From: Diplonema japonicum
Taxonomy: Eukaryota > Protista > Euglenozoa: Diplonemea
DNA length: 64,000 nucleotides
Reading direction: 5' to 3'
Assembly: GCA_964019335.1 (NCBI GenBank)
Contig: OZ025651.1
Location: 558,001 to 622,000 of the forward strand
Numbering within the stretch: the first letter of the stretch is position 1; every line of letters begins with the position of its first letter. The position numbers and the translations under genes were made by a program. Under the pieces are notes generated by a model. It was given only the letters and a program-made list of their open reading frames with translations, was not told the origin of the DNA and did not search any database. This document shows positions 54,938 to 64,000 of this stretch, one piece after another.

Positions 54938-56689
54938 TTAAATAATGCCCTTCCGCAGGCAGTACGACGTGACGACCTCTAAAGGTACCGACTGCCTGCT
55001 CTCGCCCACGCAGTCAATCAGCACACGCAACAAGCCTCGCGTTTTGTCGCTCTCAGCAGCGTACATGAGCTCCTTCACCTTCCCAATGGACCGTAGCATC
55101 AACAGTATTGTGAGGCAGTCATCTGACACATCTGCATGAGTGTCCAACAGCAGTGCAGCTGGCGTGGGGTGTCGAAGGGCACGGAGCGAATTAGCAACAC
55201 AGCTCCTATTTTGCAGTGCGCATGACAGCCTGCAGGAAGGCTCCAAGAACCCTCGTTTGAAGCAGTACGAATAAATTTCTTCTAAGAGCGCTAGGGGGAT
55301 CTGATTGGCGTACCCCAGGTATACAGCATTGCCTAGAACCCTGACAAGGTAGGCGCACCAGTGAGAGATTTGAGAATGCTCGGCTGGGGTTAACTTGACA
55401 GAAGCCGACTTAGCCCACATCTTCATGCTGCCCTCCAGCGCCGAATCGTCGGCTGGCGCAGGTCCTGGCTGGTACCCACCATCAAGTCTGAAGCATGCGG
55501 ACAGCAAGGCTGGCAAGAGTACAGGCTTAGGAAGGCTGACGGGCATCACACGCTGGGCATCGAGGAGGTTGTTAACAAAGAACTTCGTGAGAACTCTTTG
55601 CTTCCTTGCAGAGTCGAAGGTGTCCAGTACACTTGCAGGCCTTTTCCTATCCTTCCTGATTTGGTGCGCGTGATGAGCTTCCCACAGAGTTCTGCCTTCG
55701 GGCGTGGTGGTCAGCAACTCTTCGCATGTGCTGATGATGTTTTTTTTATCTGACTGCCAAATAGACGGCACGTGTAGCCACGTGACTCCCCCAGCTACTG
55801 CTTTGTGCACCACCCAACATGCCTTGAACTCCACCGCCCTGCTGGGGTACCGCTGCACAAGCCCAGATCTGATCACGAGGCCTCGTTTGTCTGGCGCAAC
55901 GAAAGTTTTAACTATCAGCTGCTGTGGAAGGTTGTCACCACGGAGGGGTTGCCCGGGTAGGGCTGAGAGACCTGGAGGGAGAGGTATGTCGTGCTGCATG
56001 TACATGGCAGCAGCAATGGTCGACAGGGGTGGTGCGAGGCCGGCCATTGCTGTTTGTGTGGAGGGCTGCTGCAGAAAGCCTGCTGTGTCAGAAGGAGCGT
56101 TATGGAGATGGAGATACTGCGCCACGTCAAGGGCAGCCTGAGGGTGAACTTTGAGTTCGTCGCAGACCTTAGCGGGGGTCTTGGGGTTGGCGAGGAGCTC
56201 AAGGAACGCCTCAGCACCTTCGAGTTGCAGGTCCTTCTCTGCCCTGATGCCACACATGACGGGGTCGGTGCGCACGATCATGCCCTCACGCGCCTTCAGG
56301 TCGATCTTGGGGCCCACGTCAGGGAGGTGCATGCGGAGGAGCATCCTGGACCCGTACACTTGCTGCTCTGTGTCGTCAGAAGACATGAGCAGGCGAGCAA
56401 GGATACTGAGCTCAGTAGGCGTCATCCCCGACCCGTGACATATCTTGTAGAGATCCATTGTGCACAGTACCACTACCTTAGCCACAACTCTGCCTATCTT
56501 GATCCCTTCTTCCTCCTTGTTATGCGTTAGTTTGATGCGTATCGCGGGCGGCGGTCCCTGCACCACCCTGATCGCCTTCTTCAAAAGGTCCTTTAGCAAC
56601 AAATATAGTTCTTCAGGTGGCGCACCTACAGCAGTTGCGGGACCTTTTAAAAGCACCTGCATCCTGAGCGCATCTACCCGTTCTTGCAT
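54938..56689 (-). CDS. Hypothetical protein (583 aa)
   Basis: Long uninterrupted ORF; A-tract before ATG; no motif recognised. Confidence 0.85.
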   Translation of the reverse strand: MQERVDALRMQVLLKGPATAVGAPPEELYLLLKDLLKKAIRVVQGPPPAIRIKLTHNKEEEGIKIGRVVAKVVVLCTMDLYKICHGSGMTPTELSILARLLMSSDDTEQQVYGSRMLLRMHLPDVGPKIDLKAREGMIVRTDPVMCGIRAEKDLQLEGAEAFLELLANPKTPAKVCDELKVHPQAALDVAQYLHLHNAPSDTAGFLQQPSTQTAMAGLAPPLSTIAAAMYMQHDIPLPPGLSALPGQPLRGDNLPQQLIVKTFVAPDKRGLVIRSGLVQRYPSRAVEFKACWVVHKAVAGGVTWLHVPSIWQSDKKNIISTCEELLTTTPEGRTLWEAHHAHQIRKDRKRPASVLDTFDSARKQRVLTKFFVNNLLDAQRVMPVSLPKPVLLPALLSACFRLDGGYQPGPAPADDSALEGSMKMWAKSASVKLTPAEHSQISHWCAYLVRVLGNAVYLGYANQIPLALLEEIYSYCFKRGFLEPSCRLSCALQNRSCVANSLRALRHPTPAALLLDTHADVSDDCLTILLMLRSIGKVKELMYAAESDKTRGLLRVLIDCVGESRQSVPLEVVTSYCLRKGII

Positions 56690-57116
56690 TTTTTTTTATT
56701 GCTCTCCTTTGCTCCTCTTTAAAGTGAACAAGAAAAGTAAAAGAAAAAAAAAAGAAAAAGGTAAACCAGAGATAAAAGAACTTTCTTAGAACCGGAACAA
56801 ATGTCCTCTTTTCTTTCCTTTCATAATTTCTAAGGGAACAGATGGAAAAAAAAGGGGGGGGGAGACATAGCGTATTTTATTTTATTTTTTTTCATTTTTA
56901 TTCTTTACTTCTGCTTCCGGGTCCGTCTTCCTCTTTTCTTTTTACTTTGCGTGTTTGTGTTTCTTAGAATTTTGTATAACCCCTGGGGGGGGGGGGGGGT
57001 ATCTCGTTAATGTGTGGGCGTGCAATCCCCTTTTTTGTTATCCTTCTTCGGTATTATTATTAAGTTGTTTGACTTCGTCACGCAGCCCAACATTCCTTTT
57101 TTTTTTTTTCTGATTA

Positions 57117-57452
57117 CTGTAAACCAAGAAAATATTTCACCGGAAAATAGATGATTCGCGAGAAAAAGAAATGAGTATTTTGGTTTCCCCCCCCCCCCTT
57201 TTTTTCTTTTTCGGGTGAAATATTTTTTGAACCAATACCTGGGGTGATTTGTTTACTTATTTTCCAAAGAAACCATGCTTGAACAAAGCTCGGCCAGGAG
57301 ATTGTTTGCAAGGAAAAATTCTGGAGCACCATATCCACGAATTTTAGACACCCGAAAATAGTGAAGCGAAAAAAAAAAAAGGACATTTTTTTCGGAGAGA
57401 AATCTTTGTACGGGGGAGTATTTTCCCGGTGATTCGATTTCTTAGTTTACAG
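57117..57452. mobile_element. MITE with CTGTAAA termini (Tc1/mariner-pogo type)
   Basis: TA-CTGTAAACCAAGAAA ... TTTCTTAGTTTACAG-CA; a similar solo right end occurs near 7895-7914. Confidence 0.65.
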
Positions 57453-57924
57453 CAAATAACAACTGCTTCTGTTCATCATATAAAAAAAAAAAAAAAAAAA
57501 AAAAGAAGAAGAATGTAGAGTTCCTTTGTTTGCACAAAGGAGAATGGATGGGGGAACTTGTTACCTTTAACCCCCGTGAGTACAAAATACAACAAAACAA
57601 AAAAGAAATCCCCCAATTTCTTTCTTTTTTTTAAAGAAAATAGGATTTACACTTTATTCGACTTCCTAAGTTGTCACATGAGGTGAAAGTGTTATGAGAT
57701 GCTTTACCCAGTAGCCCAGAGGGGGGGGGGGGGGGGGGGGGGGGGCTCTCCTTCCCTTTTTTCTAAAGGGGGAGACACAAAATGCATTTAAGAAAAAAAA
57801 GAAATCACAATGGGGAAAGTGTTAGCAACCACCAAAAAAAAAAGGGGGTAAAGAACGGACTATGAGGCAACAGCTGTCGTAGGGAACATAAAGGGGAAGA
57901 GGGGAAGGGACTATGTATATATAT

Positions 57925-58951
57925 GAGCTCGTCCGGAAAAAAATGTCAACAAATGACCCTCCTATGCGGCGTAAAACCCCCGTTAAATTTCTAAGTAAAA
58001 AAGTAGTCCGACACCACTTTGTGTGCAGAAATGCAGTCTAAGCTTGAACACCATATAGGTCAAAATGCTCGCCGCTTGTTTTATTTTTAAGACGCACGTG
58101 CAAAAACATGTTTTTTAGAATGGTTTTTGGCAAACGATTCAATTTGGAAGTTATAAATAACCCAGACTCCATTTTTTATTTTCGTTGTTCCGTGAAAAGT
58201 GACAGGAGGAATGGACGCAGATTGAAAATCTGTGAAACCTTTGGGGTCATTTTGGGTGGGCTGGACTCTAAATCACTATTAAAATGGGGTGGGGAGAACT
58301 TACCCTTAAAGTGCCATTTTGGCCTATTTAAGGCTAAAATCCCTTTAAAACCCCTTAAAAAAGCAAAATTTTCACTCTTAAAGTATTATGAGTGCAAAAG
58401 AAAAGGAAAAACCTCAGCAGATGGGTTGAGAATGAAAGTTTGACCCCAAAGATACCAATGTCGAAGCTCTGCATGAGTAGGCAAGTGTTAAGAATTGGTT
58501 TCTGAAAAAGGCCAAAATCCCTTAGGAACCACTTGAAAAAGCCAAAAAATTGGGTGTAAAAAACCGGATTTTCGGGGGCTATGCGGCGCCATATATTTTT
58601 CGCTAAGTACTTTTAACAGTAACCCGACCCTGGGTTGTACCCAGGGGTCACAAGTGCGCTTGAACACCAATTTTATGCACCCTAGATGCTGCATTTTAAG
58701 CAATAAAATTGCATTTTAAACATTTTTCGCCGTTTTTTTGACCTCTATTTTTCGCTTCCCGGAGGCAGCTGGTTGCAAAGCCTGCCACCCTCATGGCAAA
58801 ACAAGCATCGCAATTGAAAGAACAGCATCATGTACACCATGTATGTCATCTTCCTATGGTTGCATGCTGCCCTTTTTTTGCTCAAATAATCAAAACAAGA
58901 AATTTTCGGAGGTGCCCAAAAAAGTGTTGACATTTTCGTCCGGACGAGCTC
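57925..58951. mobile_element. Non-autonomous TIR element, Sola-like
   Basis: ATAT on both sides; 27-bp TIR GAGCTCGTCCGGA(AA/CG)AAAATGTCAACA; GAG...CTC termini; no ORF. Superfamily assignment is tentative. Confidence 0.8.
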
Positions 58952-59624
58952 ATATTTTTTTTTTTTTTAATATTTCGTTCTCTTTTTCCTGTCTTTTTTT
59001 TTTTTTTTTCTCTTCCTTTTTTGCTTCGGGGTCAAAAGGACAGTGGCCAAACACTCAGCTGTGGGTTTCCTTCTTCCTCCTTCTTCAGTATCAAATCTCC
59101 CATGTAAAAAGTGCAAAACATTGCTTTATAAAAAAAAAAGGAGGAAGATAAGAAAAACCCACATGTTGGCTAATAGAAGGAAAGCAAACGAAACAAATTG
59201 CACAGGTGGCAGGGCAATGGCTTCATTCTAACAAAAAAAATCACCATATTAAGGGAAGGGACACCCTGTAAAGTAGGGGCATCGGGCTGGAAAGATGATA
59301 TATAAAAATCAAAAAAGAAAATAACAATAACCCGTGTCTTTGAAGAGAAGCCTAGATATGACAGGGTTTCCTAGAAAGCACGTCATCACCTCTAAAAAAG
59401 ATTTTTTTTTTAAATTTATTTCCCTTCCGATTTCCCGTAGAAAGGGGGGAGGGGAAGAAGAAAAAAAAAGAAAGGCAAACACCAGGGTAGCCCCCACTGT
59501 TCCACCCCGTTGAAAGTTCAAAAAAAGAAAAATCATAAAAAGGGGAGAATGAGAAAAAAAAAATAAGAACGGAAGACTGCAGGGCGGCTGCACCTAGAAG
59601 TCGGCATGTGACTGCCTCTTACCT

Positions 59625-61391
59625 CTACTGGCCTGCTGTTTTGAAAAGGGAGCTGAGAGGCTTTGCGTCTTTTGAGGAGACTTCTTCTATGAAATTGATG
59701 ATGATGCTTACAATGCGTACGAAGTTCACCGCTCGCTTGGCCTCTATAGATGAAAGGGTGAGAGACAGAGATTCCTGTTCGCGGCACTCCTCTGTGTAGT
59801 GAGGCCGCGGGCTAAACAACCGGCGCCAAAGGTGTTGTGCACCTTCCTTGACGCCAGCACCTGCTTCCTCATTCAGGGAGTTTGGCAGCAACCTGACGTC
59901 TCTGATGTCCTTTATCCCCCAGGCTATTTCTTTGCCCACACAAAAGGAAATATAGGTTCCTTCTACCAGCCTTGCGCTGCACCGCAAGTCGAACCCGTAC
60001 CTCTCTCGTACCTCAGGTGACTTGACTTCGCATCGTGCTTGTACCAGCCCCACGTACCGCAGTCGCTGTGCGCACTTCTCGTACTCCTCGTGGTCCACCA
60101 GCATTGCTGCCCTGTACGCCCACATCAGCCGCCGTCGGTATTCGGGGCACCAAAATGCTCGCTTCGCGTACTCTGAAGCACGTCGCGACAGAGTGCCCGC
60201 CTCGGTGAGCTGGTCGAGGTAGTACACCACGCACCCCATCTTGTCGCTGTCGGAGGCTGCAGGCTTGATGTGTGCATCGTCCGTTCTGAACTTGTCGCGG
60301 TACACGCAAAGGAAGTTAGAACCCAAGATGGAGGTCGGCAGAGCCAACACGAAAATACCCGAGATCATCGTGAAGCCCGCCACGATCTTCCCCCCGTAGG
60401 AGTACGGCACGTCATCCCCGTAGCCTACCGTCGTCACTGTGGCGATGCACCACCACAGGCTGTGCGGGATCGACTGAAACGGCGAGACTTCCTCCACCCA
60501 CCCATCTCCCTCCCTCCTGTTCCGTATTAACAAGTTGAGGTTGTCGTCCCACCGCGTTCCATCAGCTTTTTCAATATAATAGATGGCGCTGCTCCACACG
60601 ATCAACGACACAGCCAGCACGGACAGGTACAGCACGAGCACCTCGTTTGACTTGGCCATTGCTTTGTGTATGGTGTCCACGTTGGTTTCAATGCCTTCGG
60701 ACATGCGCATATTGCGCAAGATGGCAGTGCCCCGCACGAGCTTCAAGATCCTCAAGTTGAAGGGCAGTGTGCTGGACACGAGCCCAACGTAAAAGGGGAT
60801 GACAGCGAGGAGGTCGAACAGCGGTGTGATCTGCACGATTAAGTCCAACTTATCGGGGATGAAGAGGAAGCGGATGAAGAGCTCAAGAGTGAAGTATCCG
60901 ATGAAGGCGGTCTCCAAGACAGCCATAGTGCCGCGATCGCGGTCTGGGTAATACGTGGGAAGGGATTGGAAAACAGAGAAAACGGTAGAAGCGATGATGG
61001 TGAGGAGGGTGGTGATGGCGGAACACTTGGCAGCTAATGTAAGCTTGTAGTGTGTGAGTGTCACCCTTGCGTTGGGGTACAGTCCAAAGGGGTCTTCCAT
61101 GAAGTACCAACATGCTTCCCACAAGCTACCTACAGTGCCTGCACCACAACCTTCGCTCCATGCTTCTTCATATTCTTCCTCCTCTTCTTCCTCGTTCTCT
61201 CCTTCATCGTCCTTGCGCACGATAGGGGTACTTGCTACGCTTGTCCGTGACGCAGTGTCTAAGTCGGAATCTGTCTTCCCCCCCTCGCTGTCACCCCAAC
61301 GGATCTCCGTGGTGTTTTCGTCGGTCCCTCCATTATCATTCCCATGCCCATAGGGCGCATTGCCCTTACCACCTACATCTTCTCCCAGCAT
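59625..61391 (-). CDS. Kv-like K+ channel
   Basis: FQSIPHSLWWCIATVTTVGYGD; GIFVLALPT; S4 LRILKLVR; first ATG 61391. Confidence 0.92.
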   Translation of the reverse strand: MLGEDVGGKGNAPYGHGNDNGGTDENTTEIRWGDSEGGKTDSDLDTASRTSVASTPIVRKDDEGENEEEEEEEYEEAWSEGCGAGTVGSLWEACWYFMEDPFGLYPNARVTLTHYKLTLAAKCSAITTLLTIIASTVFSVFQSLPTYYPDRDRGTMAVLETAFIGYFTLELFIRFLFIPDKLDLIVQITPLFDLLAVIPFYVGLVSSTLPFNLRILKLVRGTAILRNMRMSEGIETNVDTIHKAMAKSNEVLVLYLSVLAVSLIVWSSAIYYIEKADGTRWDDNLNLLIRNRREGDGWVEEVSPFQSIPHSLWWCIATVTTVGYGDDVPYSYGGKIVAGFTMISGIFVLALPTSILGSNFLCVYRDKFRTDDAHIKPAASDSDKMGCVVYYLDQLTEAGTLSRRASEYAKRAFWCPEYRRRLMWAYRAAMLVDHEEYEKCAQRLRYVGLVQARCEVKSPEVRERYGFDLRCSARLVEGTYISFCVGKEIAWGIKDIRDVRLLPNSLNEEAGAGVKEGAQHLWRRLFSPRPHYTEECREQESLSLTLSSIEAKRAVNFVRIVSIIINFIEEVSSKDAKPLSSLFKTAGQ

Positions 61392-61797
61392 CGCATTGTG
61401 CCGTGTACTCCCTGCGTAGGTAGGATGGTACAAAGACAAAAAAATGTGCTAAGTTATAATAGAAATAGGAGAGGAAATCGCAGGCAAATCCCACTTGAGG
61501 ACCACCCTTAAAACAAAGAAACCGTGTTGTGAAACAAACAATAATCGTATAGAGTCAGAAGCGAAGAGGGAGGGATTTAAGCGCATCGGGCGCATAAATG
61601 AAAGGGTGTAAAGGAAGTTGAGACAATCGCATGCACAACAGCACGACAATGCAGTCTGCGAGCCCGTCGAGAGCCCAGTATTGCCTGCTTGCCTGCCAGC
61701 TGGTGTTAGGACGAGTCTCTTCTTCCTATTCGGTGTACTTCCTTTCTTGAACGTTTTCTTTTTTTTTATAATTCAATGATTCCCGCTCGTAACTATT

Positions 61798-63444
61798 TTA
61801 CGACCTCCCGTGCCTCCATGAGAAGCCCTTGGGGTAGGCCCACGCACCGTCACTGTTGCCGTCCTCTCTGACGTCTTCCCAAATAATGTCCTTGCCCCTG
61901 AAAAGCTTCATGAGCCCAGCAAGCTTCTCCCTCCAAGCATCGTCACCGTGCTTCTCACGGAACTCCGCAATGAGCTCGTGGGTGGGCCTGTCGGTGCCGT
62001 CGTCAAGACCAAGGAGCGGCCTCCAGTGGTCGTGGCTGTTGCACAGGTCCCTGCTGCACGTGGTCGGCTTCTCCTTTGGCGCCTCCTTGGGGTCAAAGGG
62101 TCCATGCCTGTCCTGCACGATCCACGTGTCGTCGATGACCCTCCCGTAGTCGGAACCAGGGAACTGCGTGGGGTCTGTCTGCACCTGCTGCCAGTGGATG
62201 TGGCTCGAGTTGTACACAAACATTCTCGTGTACGAGAAGGAGTCCGACCTGAAGGCAGACCAGCTGGGCTGGGGGTATGTGAAAGGCTCGTGCATTTCGT
62301 GGCTGCCTGCAGCACCGGTCACCACATAGATGGTGGCCCTGGGGTTGACATTCGACTGGTCGCTCTTGTTCTGGTAGGTGGGCCACATCCTCTCGTAGTT
62401 GTGCTCGTGCCCGTTGATGAAGAAGTCCACACCGTAGTCGAACAGAATGGGCTCCATCGTGGCACGCACTTTGTACGAGTCGGCGTGGCAGTCTCCGTCG
62501 CACGAGCAGTAGATGGACCTGTGCCCGTGCACCACCACCCACGGCACGTTGTGCCTGTTCGCGTTGGCTTTTGTCAAGTCGTCCTTCACCCACGCCATGA
62601 AGGAGGCGATAGTTGTGTTGCCGTCGGTGACCCCGAACCACAGCTCGGTGGACATGGCGATGTAGTGCACGAGGCCGTGGTCCCAAGAGAAGTACATGCT
62701 GTTGGTGGTGGCGCCGTTCGTGGTGGTGTAGGTGGGAGGGATTGCGTTGGAGGGCATCAACCTGAAACCCTCCATGTAGTGCGCCAGCGCGCCAGCCCCG
62801 TCCTCATGATTCCCATGGGACACCATGTACGGGACGTAGGCTGCCACCTGCTCAACGTTCCTGAAGAAATGGTCACCCACAGCACCGTCATTGGTGTCAA
62901 GGTTGTAACCAAAATCACCAACGTGGAGGAACATATCAGCGTCGTGCTCGCTTATCAGGCCAACATTAGTGCGGTTGGTGGCGCAGGTGGAAGCGTCGCA
63001 GGTGTACGAACTCTGCGTGCAGGCCTCACATAAGGAGAAAGCACATGAAGAACCCATGTCACCGAAGAGAACGTGGCGGTAGGGTTCGCCTGCTGCCCGC
63101 TGCCTCCTATTCGTGACATTGAAGACTGCAGAGTAGCCGTTCGCAGAGTCGCCGACTTTGTAGTAGTACAGTGTGTTGGTCTTCAACGCTGTCATGGAGG
63201 CAACGTGCGTGTACCAAGTCCTTCCGGCATCCTGGGTGAAAACACGAGTGTTCCCTGCACCAGACTGTCCCAAAGCAGGCGTAAGTCCCCACTCGACCGT
63301 CGCATCCCCACCACGCTCTTGTGTCACCCACTCGACGTTCAGGACATCAGTCGTCTTCCCCAACGCGAGGTGCACCTGTTCAGGAGCAGACGCGGCGAGG
63401 CTGGTCCCCGCAAGAAACAAGACAGCTAGTCCTCGGACGTTCAT
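61798..63444 (-). CDS. Purple acid phosphatase (ACP7-like), secreted
   Basis: Signal peptide; PEQVHL FN3-like domain; GDMG, GDFGY, GNHE, VHGH and GHEH motifs. Confidence 0.95.
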   Translation of the reverse strand: MNVRGLAVLFLAGTSLAASAPEQVHLALGKTTDVLNVEWVTQERGGDATVEWGLTPALGQSGAGNTRVFTQDAGRTWYTHVASMTALKTNTLYYYKVGDSANGYSAVFNVTNRRQRAAGEPYRHVLFGDMGSSCAFSLCEACTQSSYTCDASTCATNRTNVGLISEHDADMFLHVGDFGYNLDTNDGAVGDHFFRNVEQVAAYVPYMVSHGNHEDGAGALAHYMEGFRLMPSNAIPPTYTTTNGATTNSMYFSWDHGLVHYIAMSTELWFGVTDGNTTIASFMAWVKDDLTKANANRHNVPWVVVHGHRSIYCSCDGDCHADSYKVRATMEPILFDYGVDFFINGHEHNYERMWPTYQNKSDQSNVNPRATIYVVTGAAGSHEMHEPFTYPQPSWSAFRSDSFSYTRMFVYNSSHIHWQQVQTDPTQFPGSDYGRVIDDTWIVQDRHGPFDPKEAPKEKPTTCSRDLCNSHDHWRPLLGLDDGTDRPTHELIAEFREKHGDDAWREKLAGLMKLFRGKDIIWEDVREDGNSDGAWAYPKGFSWRHGRS

Positions 63445-63697
63445 TGATTAAACTTATGGCACAGTGAATGCTAAGCAGTGTTAAAGACATATAAATGTTG
63501 TTCTTGCTCGCGGAAGCAAAGCACTTGGAGCTCTCGGTTACCAGACACCGCGAGCTGACCACCTGACAGTGGTCGGAACATTACCATTGACAAAACATAC
63601 CGAATTCTTTGAATTTTTTAGCGCCCCCCCCCTTTTTTTCTTCTTCTTTACCTTCGAAACAATGCCTTGAAGAGATTAGGTGAACATGCGAGGAACT

Positions 63698-64000
63698 TCA
63701 CACAAAAAAGGTTATATCCTTGGGATCACCTGTGCCGTGTACGTCCCCGTAGTAAGGGTTGTTCGCAGGATCAGCGGCTTGGTCAAAGAGGTGGCTCTCA
63801 TCGATGCATACGTCATTCGTGGTGGACGTGGTGTAGTTGCAGTTGGGTTTGTGTGTGCGGAAAATGCACCGGTGCCGCCGCATGTCGCAGCCACAGCCCT
63901 CGTAAGAGGGGCACCTCGCATCTATGTGTGTGGCAAGTTGTGGAACATTGCGATCTGCGTACGTCAGAGAGAAGTCGCATGAACAAGACTGGTGCCCACA
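63698..64000 (-). CDS. 3' end of a Cys-rich protein entering from the right edge
   Basis: Open frame CGHQSCSCDFSLTYADRNV...RCPSYEGCGCDMRRHRC...DITFFV*. Confidence 0.65.
   Translation of the reverse strand, partial: CGHQSCSCDFSLTYADRNVPQLATHIDARCPSYEGCGCDMRRHRCIFRTHKPNCNYTTSTTNDVCIDESHLFDQAADPANNPYYGDVHGTGDPKDITFFV

Noticed and set aside
61948-63033. Long plus-strand ORFs (361 aa here; also 587..1180 and 42722..43450)
   Set aside because: Antisense shadows of GC-rich genes with clear family motifs
42200-63444. Phosphate/sulfate-scavenging gene cluster (SPX protein, sulfatase, purple acid phosphatase)
   Set aside because: Genes are interspersed with unrelated ones, and co-orientation applies to the whole window
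63563-63600. Possible 38-nt UTR intron GTATGT...GTCAG (a similar candidate lies near 44570-44622)
   Set aside because: No reading-frame evidence; cannot be supported without transcripts
1-64000. tRNA, rRNA, spliced-leader RNA genes or CRISPR arrays
   Set aside because: None recognised by eye; a covariance-model scan was not possible

Overview
Eukaryotic nuclear DNA, most consistent with a non-trypanosomatid euglenozoan such as a diplonemid (taxonomy is inference). All 29 recognisable host genes lie head-to-tail on the minus strand. Spacers are full of long A/T/G homopolymers and typically read, on the coding strand, U-tract, AG, A-tract, AUG. Genes include Raptor (runs off the left edge, absent from the ORF track), three K+-channel-like proteins, a PIG-S-like protein, PFK-2/FBPase-2, kynureninase, a degenerate EF-1alpha paralogue, an MFS transporter, a TRF4-like pseudo-enzyme, a PPPDE peptidase, ketopantoate reductase, arylsulfatase, an ML-domain protein and purple acid phosphatase. 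I reconstructed nine GT-AG introns in 7 genes: eight are 31-80 nt and one is 900 nt because it holds a pogo-like transposon. All lie in the last 30% of their CDS, and four have an A-rich run instead of a polypyrimidine tract. Decayed DNA transposons (pogo-like, piggyBac nested in another TIR element, Sola-like, MITEs) are present. The best novelty candidates are an SPX-RING-zinc finger-MIF4G fusion protein, the 3'-biased purine-rich micro-introns, the relic EF-1alpha, and an identical 40-nt hairpin cassette present twice. All protein family calls come from motif recognition by eye; no searches were run.
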